Shown: piece after piece, positions 35,425 to 38,977 of the stretch
Layout: each line of letters opens with the position of its first letter
How positions within the stretch are numbered: position 1 is the first letter of the stretch
From: Synechococcus sp.
GTDB lineage: Bacteria > Cyanobacteriota > Cyanobacteriia > Thermostichales > PCC-7336
DNA length: 38,977 bases
Reading direction: 5' to 3'
Assembly (NCBI GenBank): GCA_051439605.1
Contig: JBFRWN010000103.1
Span: 1 to 38,977, forward strand
Position numbers and translations under genes: made by a program
Notes under the pieces: model-generated
Seen by the model: the letters and a program-made list of their open reading frames with translations, nothing else
Databases searched by the model: none
Told to the model about the DNA's origin: nothing

Positions 35425-36900
35425 ATGAATTCAGCCCCTTCAATTGCATCCAGCTTATGCCCAGACGTTCGAAAAGTGATAGCCATTCAGGCACTTTCTA
35501 AGTCAGAACCGATCAGCCATATCGCTGCAGAGCTTCAGGTCAGCCGAAAATTTGTGTATCAACAGGCGCACAAAGCTCAAGAGGTGCTGGATGAGTCATT
35601 TGCACCAACCAGCGACGAGTCAGAGGTGCTGTTCCATCTACCGATTACCAAGACCTGGCTATTCCAGCTCATCCTGGGGTTGGTGCTGATCTGCCACTGC
35701 TCTTACCGAGGAGTGAAAGAGCTACTACGTGATTTGTTCGATCTACCCGTCAGCATTGGTACTATCCACAACCGTCTCCAATCAGCAGCAGCGATCGCAA
35801 CCAACATCAATCAAGCACAAGATTTGTCTGGGATTGAGGTCGGTCTCCAGGATGAGATTTTTCAGGGCTCCCAGCCAGTATTGGCGGGTGTTGATGCCGC
35901 CTCAACTTATTGTTACTTGTTGCAGGGAGTTGAGCGGCGGGATGAAGATAGCTGGGGCTGGTATTTGCTCGAGGCCATCGAACAAGGATTCAATCCCAAG
36001 TACACTATCGCTGATGGGGGCCAGGCTTTGAGAGCTGGTCAGAAAGCAGTGATGCCGGAGACTCTCTGTCATGGGGATGTTTTCCATATGCAGCAGCAAT
36101 TTTCTGGAGTTGCCAACAGTTTGTCTCGACAAGCCCAAGGGGCGACCTCATGTCGATGCAAGCTGGAGCAGAAGATCGAAAAAGCCCGACTGAAGCAGAA
36201 AGTGACGCGATCGATGAGGAGCCGGTTGATTCATGCTAAACGACGAGAACGCAAGCTGGTGTCCCTGGCCAAGGATCTCAAAACCCTGTCACAGTGGATG
36301 TCTCATGATGTCCTCGAACTGGCTGGACCACCGCTGGAGGTGCGTCAGGAGCTGTTCGACTTTATCGTGAGCGAACTCCAAAAGCTTGAATGCCAGCAGC
36401 ATCCTAATATTCGTAAACTCCGCAAAGCGTTAAACAACCAACGACAGGAGCTGCTGGCGTTTGCTGGCATTCTGGATCGTAAGTTAGCTGAAATTGCCCA
36501 TTGCTTCGACATGCCCTTGAAGTCAGTGCGCGAGGTTTGCCTACTCTATCGGAAACAGCCAACATCCCAGGCCTACTGGGAACAGTGGAATCAGTTGCAT
36601 CGCCAGCTTTCTCGTCAGTTTCGTCCTCTGATGGAGGCTGTGGGTGAGGTCCTCAAGCAGACGCCGAGAGCCAGTTCCCTGGTGGAGAATCTCAATTCAA
36701 GATTGCGCAATTACTTTTTCCTGCGCAAAACATTGGGAGGCTCCTACTTGAGCCTGCTGCAATTCTTCCTGAACCATCGACGGTTCATGCGCAGTGAACT
36801 GCCCAAGCGAGCTGGAAAAAGCCCTGCTGAGCTAATGACGGGGATCGCTCATCCGCACTGGCTTGAGCTACTGGGATTTGAGCGCTTCCAAAGAGCATAA
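35425..36900 (+). CDS. DDE-type transposase
   Basis: N-terminal HTH (ISHIAAELQVSRKFVYQ), VSIGTIHN, catalytic-type motifs LQDEIF, IADGG, DVFH and RASSLVENLNSRLR; ATG at 35425 preferred. Confidence 0.85.
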   Translation: MNSAPSIASSLCPDVRKVIAIQALSKSEPISHIAAELQVSRKFVYQQAHKAQEVLDESFAPTSDESEVLFHLPITKTWLFQLILGLVLICHCSYRGVKELLRDLFDLPVSIGTIHNRLQSAAAIATNINQAQDLSGIEVGLQDEIFQGSQPVLAGVDAASTYCYLLQGVERRDEDSWGWYLLEAIEQGFNPKYTIADGGQALRAGQKAVMPETLCHGDVFHMQQQFSGVANSLSRQAQGATSCRCKLEQKIEKARLKQKVTRSMRSRLIHAKRRERKLVSLAKDLKTLSQWMSHDVLELAGPPLEVRQELFDFIVSELQKLECQQHPNIRKLRKALNNQRQELLAFAGILDRKLAEIAHCFDMPLKSVREVCLLYRKQPTSQAYWEQWNQLHRQLSRQFRPLMEAVGEVLKQTPRASSLVENLNSRLRNYFFLRKTLGGSYLSLLQFFLNHRRFMRSELPKRAGKSPAELMTGIAHPHWLELLGFERFQRA

Positions 36901-36918
36901 TCCGGCTTCATACAGGCT

Positions 36919-36949
36919 GCCAGGCCATCCTCAAATGATGGCCGGCTTT
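36919..36949 (+). terminator. hairpin after the transposase, possible intrinsic terminator
   Basis: GGCCATC-N7-GATGGCC stem with a GCC/GGC extension, followed by a short TTT. Confidence 0.35.
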
Positions 36950-37174
36950 GCCGTGAAAGTGTTACCCAAAAACAGCCAATTCTGAACCATGCCATTTATT
37001 TATTTACTCGCTATTCTCGATTCACGATTATGATTTCGCTATTCATGCAAGAGGTCTATAGTGTTAGAAAATTGCATACCTCAGAAGAATGAGAGATATT
37101 TAACTATAGAGCCTACCTAAAGCTTTAACGGCGATCTTGCATATTTAATTCCTACTAGTTATGAGGTAGATATC

Positions 37175-37513
37175 ATGAGCAACACAGCGATGTTTGAGGC
37201 TAAGGTTAAAGTTCGTAGAAAGTCAGTTCGACTTATGGCAGCCGAGCTGGAATTAGTGACCTCAGCCGTTGAGGTAGATGAGTACGAAATTGCGAAAGAA
37301 TTTTTTGATTCTGCTCGAAAGATTTGGTTCCGGTTTGGAGGGACGATTAAACGTCAATCAGCAGAAGCTTACGAAAAAGTACAGGAAAACTACGCAGCTA
37401 GTGTCACTGCGTTTGAAGAAGCACCCAATAACAAAGCACTGCTGATGAGTAATTTACGTGCGTTAAATACTTCTGCAAATGATGCCGTTGTGGTGAGCGA
37501 CACCAACTTGTAA
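37175..37513 (+). CDS. hypothetical helical protein (112 aa)
   Basis: ATG with GAGGT RBS; protein-like composition; family not recognised. Confidence 0.6.
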   Translation: MSNTAMFEAKVKVRRKSVRLMAAELELVTSAVEVDEYEIAKEFFDSARKIWFRFGGTIKRQSAEAYEKVQENYAASVTAFEEAPNNKALLMSNLRALNTSANDAVVVSDTNL

Positions 37514-37911
37514 TGCACCTATCGATCATTGACTCTGCTCTTGCCTCTTTGACAGTACGAGTTTGCCATCTTCTCCAATTATCTGTATGGGCTGTCCAAG
37601 TTAAAAGATAGTTCAAATATTACCATTTTCCACTGTGTCAGTAATTTTGAAATAGCCGCGCACTTCTGAATCGTTGATACTATCCACCGAGCAAGGGAGC
37701 GGGTTCACAAAGCTAGAGCCGATACTTGACTCGTATGCCACGATCGTTTGATACTTCCAAGCGATAGCCATTTAATACAGTAAATATTTAGAGAGATTTT
37801 TCCATATTTGATTGTTGTTTAGCAAGTATTTGAAAACAAATATCAAAAAAACTAAAATAATCTATCCAAGTATATTGCAATAGAATTCTACATGTTTGGG
37901 AATCAAAGACT

Positions 37912-38709
37912 ATGGACAATAATGTATTGAAAGGCTGGGGTTTGCTATCATTCCCTCCCAGTACTGGCTGTGAGTTAGCACGGTGGGCCATGCAGCTCTA
38001 CGGATTGGAGTTTTCAGAGGAATGGCATACTGTCCCATTTCTGCAGCAACGCAGCCAACAAGTAGGAACTACCGACAAATCGTTTCCAATTATCTATAAA
38101 GGGGACAATGTTTATTCCAGTAGCATTACAGGATTGGGTTATCTCGAGTCTATCGTTCCAAGCGATCGCAAGTTAGTTCCCGCCAATCTCTCCCAAGCGC
38201 AGTCAGTCCTGCAATTGTGGACGGCATCGTTCTATACATTAGGTCAATATGCGGGGCCCTGGGCTTATTCCTACCTGTTGCCGGTCCGGGATATTATGGT
38301 GCCGGTATTTGGTCACAACTGCCCTGCCAACGAAAAAGAATTTGTGGAAACGTCCTATCCTACAGTGGCTAACTTAGTCGGTGGAGCGCTAAAGATTGGC
38401 CCTGATACGGCGAAAGAAGCCATGGTCGCTATTGAGAGAATGTTTTCGCTAATAGATGGTTTGCTTCAGGATGGACGAGAATTTTTGATTGGCAATCGTC
38501 TTACAATAGCCGATATGAGTTTCGCTTGTTTGGGGGTTCCGTTAGTGTGGGCACCTGGATTTGATGGAGCATTGCCTCCATTGGAGAAAACACCGAACGA
38601 AATCCAAACAACTGTCGCTAAATTTAGAAACCGTCTCTCCGGAAAATTTATTCTAAGGATGTTTGAAGTTTATCGCCCTTCCCTCATTCGAGATAAGGTC
38701 AACAGTTAA
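37912..38709 (+). CDS. glutathione S-transferase family protein
   Basis: N-terminal STGCELARWAM, cis-Pro region SFPII, C-terminal FLIGNRLTIADMSFA. Confidence 0.82.
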   Translation: MDNNVLKGWGLLSFPPSTGCELARWAMQLYGLEFSEEWHTVPFLQQRSQQVGTTDKSFPIIYKGDNVYSSSITGLGYLESIVPSDRKLVPANLSQAQSVLQLWTASFYTLGQYAGPWAYSYLLPVRDIMVPVFGHNCPANEKEFVETSYPTVANLVGGALKIGPDTAKEAMVAIERMFSLIDGLLQDGREFLIGNRLTIADMSFACLGVPLVWAPGFDGALPPLEKTPNEIQTTVAKFRNRLSGKFILRMFEVYRPSLIRDKVNS

Positions 38710-38977
38710 ACTATCGCCATCGTGCTATGTTCTATTTTTGCATTGCAAAACATCACAAGGGGTCAACCGTTCACTCTGACCCCCTTCCAAACAGGGACAA
38801 ATTTTGAACCAGACTCTCTATAGAACCCGAGAATTGCCCATTGTCACTTGCCTAGTTCTAACGGTTTCTGTGGTAGCGGCGTATATTGAAGCACTAATGA
38901 ATGTTTGATAGATCGTAGCTTGTCCCCAACTGGTCAACCAGAATGGCTTCAGCTCAACGAGGCGACAAGAGTATCTG

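Larger units (their letters stand above)
35381..36994 (+). mobile_element. probable insertion sequence (family and ends uncertain)
   Basis: Contains the transposase. Candidate ends TGGCGATACTTGCCAGTTGG and (reverse complement) TGGCATGGTTCAGAATTGG match only loosely; no target duplication seen. Confidence 0.5.

Noticed and set aside
37175..38709. Hypothetical and GST genes as CIS components
   Set aside because: Opposite strand, separated by an IS and lacking the cargo leader; no evidence of linkage.
1..38977. tRNA, rRNA or structured ncRNA genes
   Set aside because: None recognised by eye; a covariance-model search was not possible.

Overview
Most of this window (about 1688-34789, all on the minus strand) is one apparently complete phage-tail-like contractile injection system (eCIS; Afp/PVC/MAC/AlgoCIS/tCIS family). 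The host is probably a cyanobacterium: I found at least 8 HIP1 GCGATCGC octamers. Order in the direction of transcription: DUF4255 cap, putative cap adaptor, two sheaths, tube, tube initiator, a small DUF5908-type plug gene missing from the ORF track, LysM hub, VgrG, PAAR, gp25, baseplate J (Afp11), tail fibre with S74 chaperone, Afp12 and tape measure. An accessory/cargo block follows: a signal-peptide, Ig-like, VWA, C-terminal-TM membrane protein; a 283-aa protein with a minimal cargo-like leader; a DUF4157-LysM-like-amidase; a 1360-aa DUF4157 polymorphic toxin (REase-like nuclease, hydrophobic hairpin, 19x QPPEGK repeats); a YbjN chaperone-fold protein; and the Afp15 AAA+ ATPase. Three convergent hypothetical genes flank it on the left. 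A DDE transposase, a hypothetical gene and a GST-like gene flank it on the right. The eCIS family is known; the candidate novelty is in the accessory parts (possible membrane anchor, shared loading leader, tandem effectors, CBM-like insert in the cap adaptor). All family calls are by-eye motif recognition and synteny; no searches were run.
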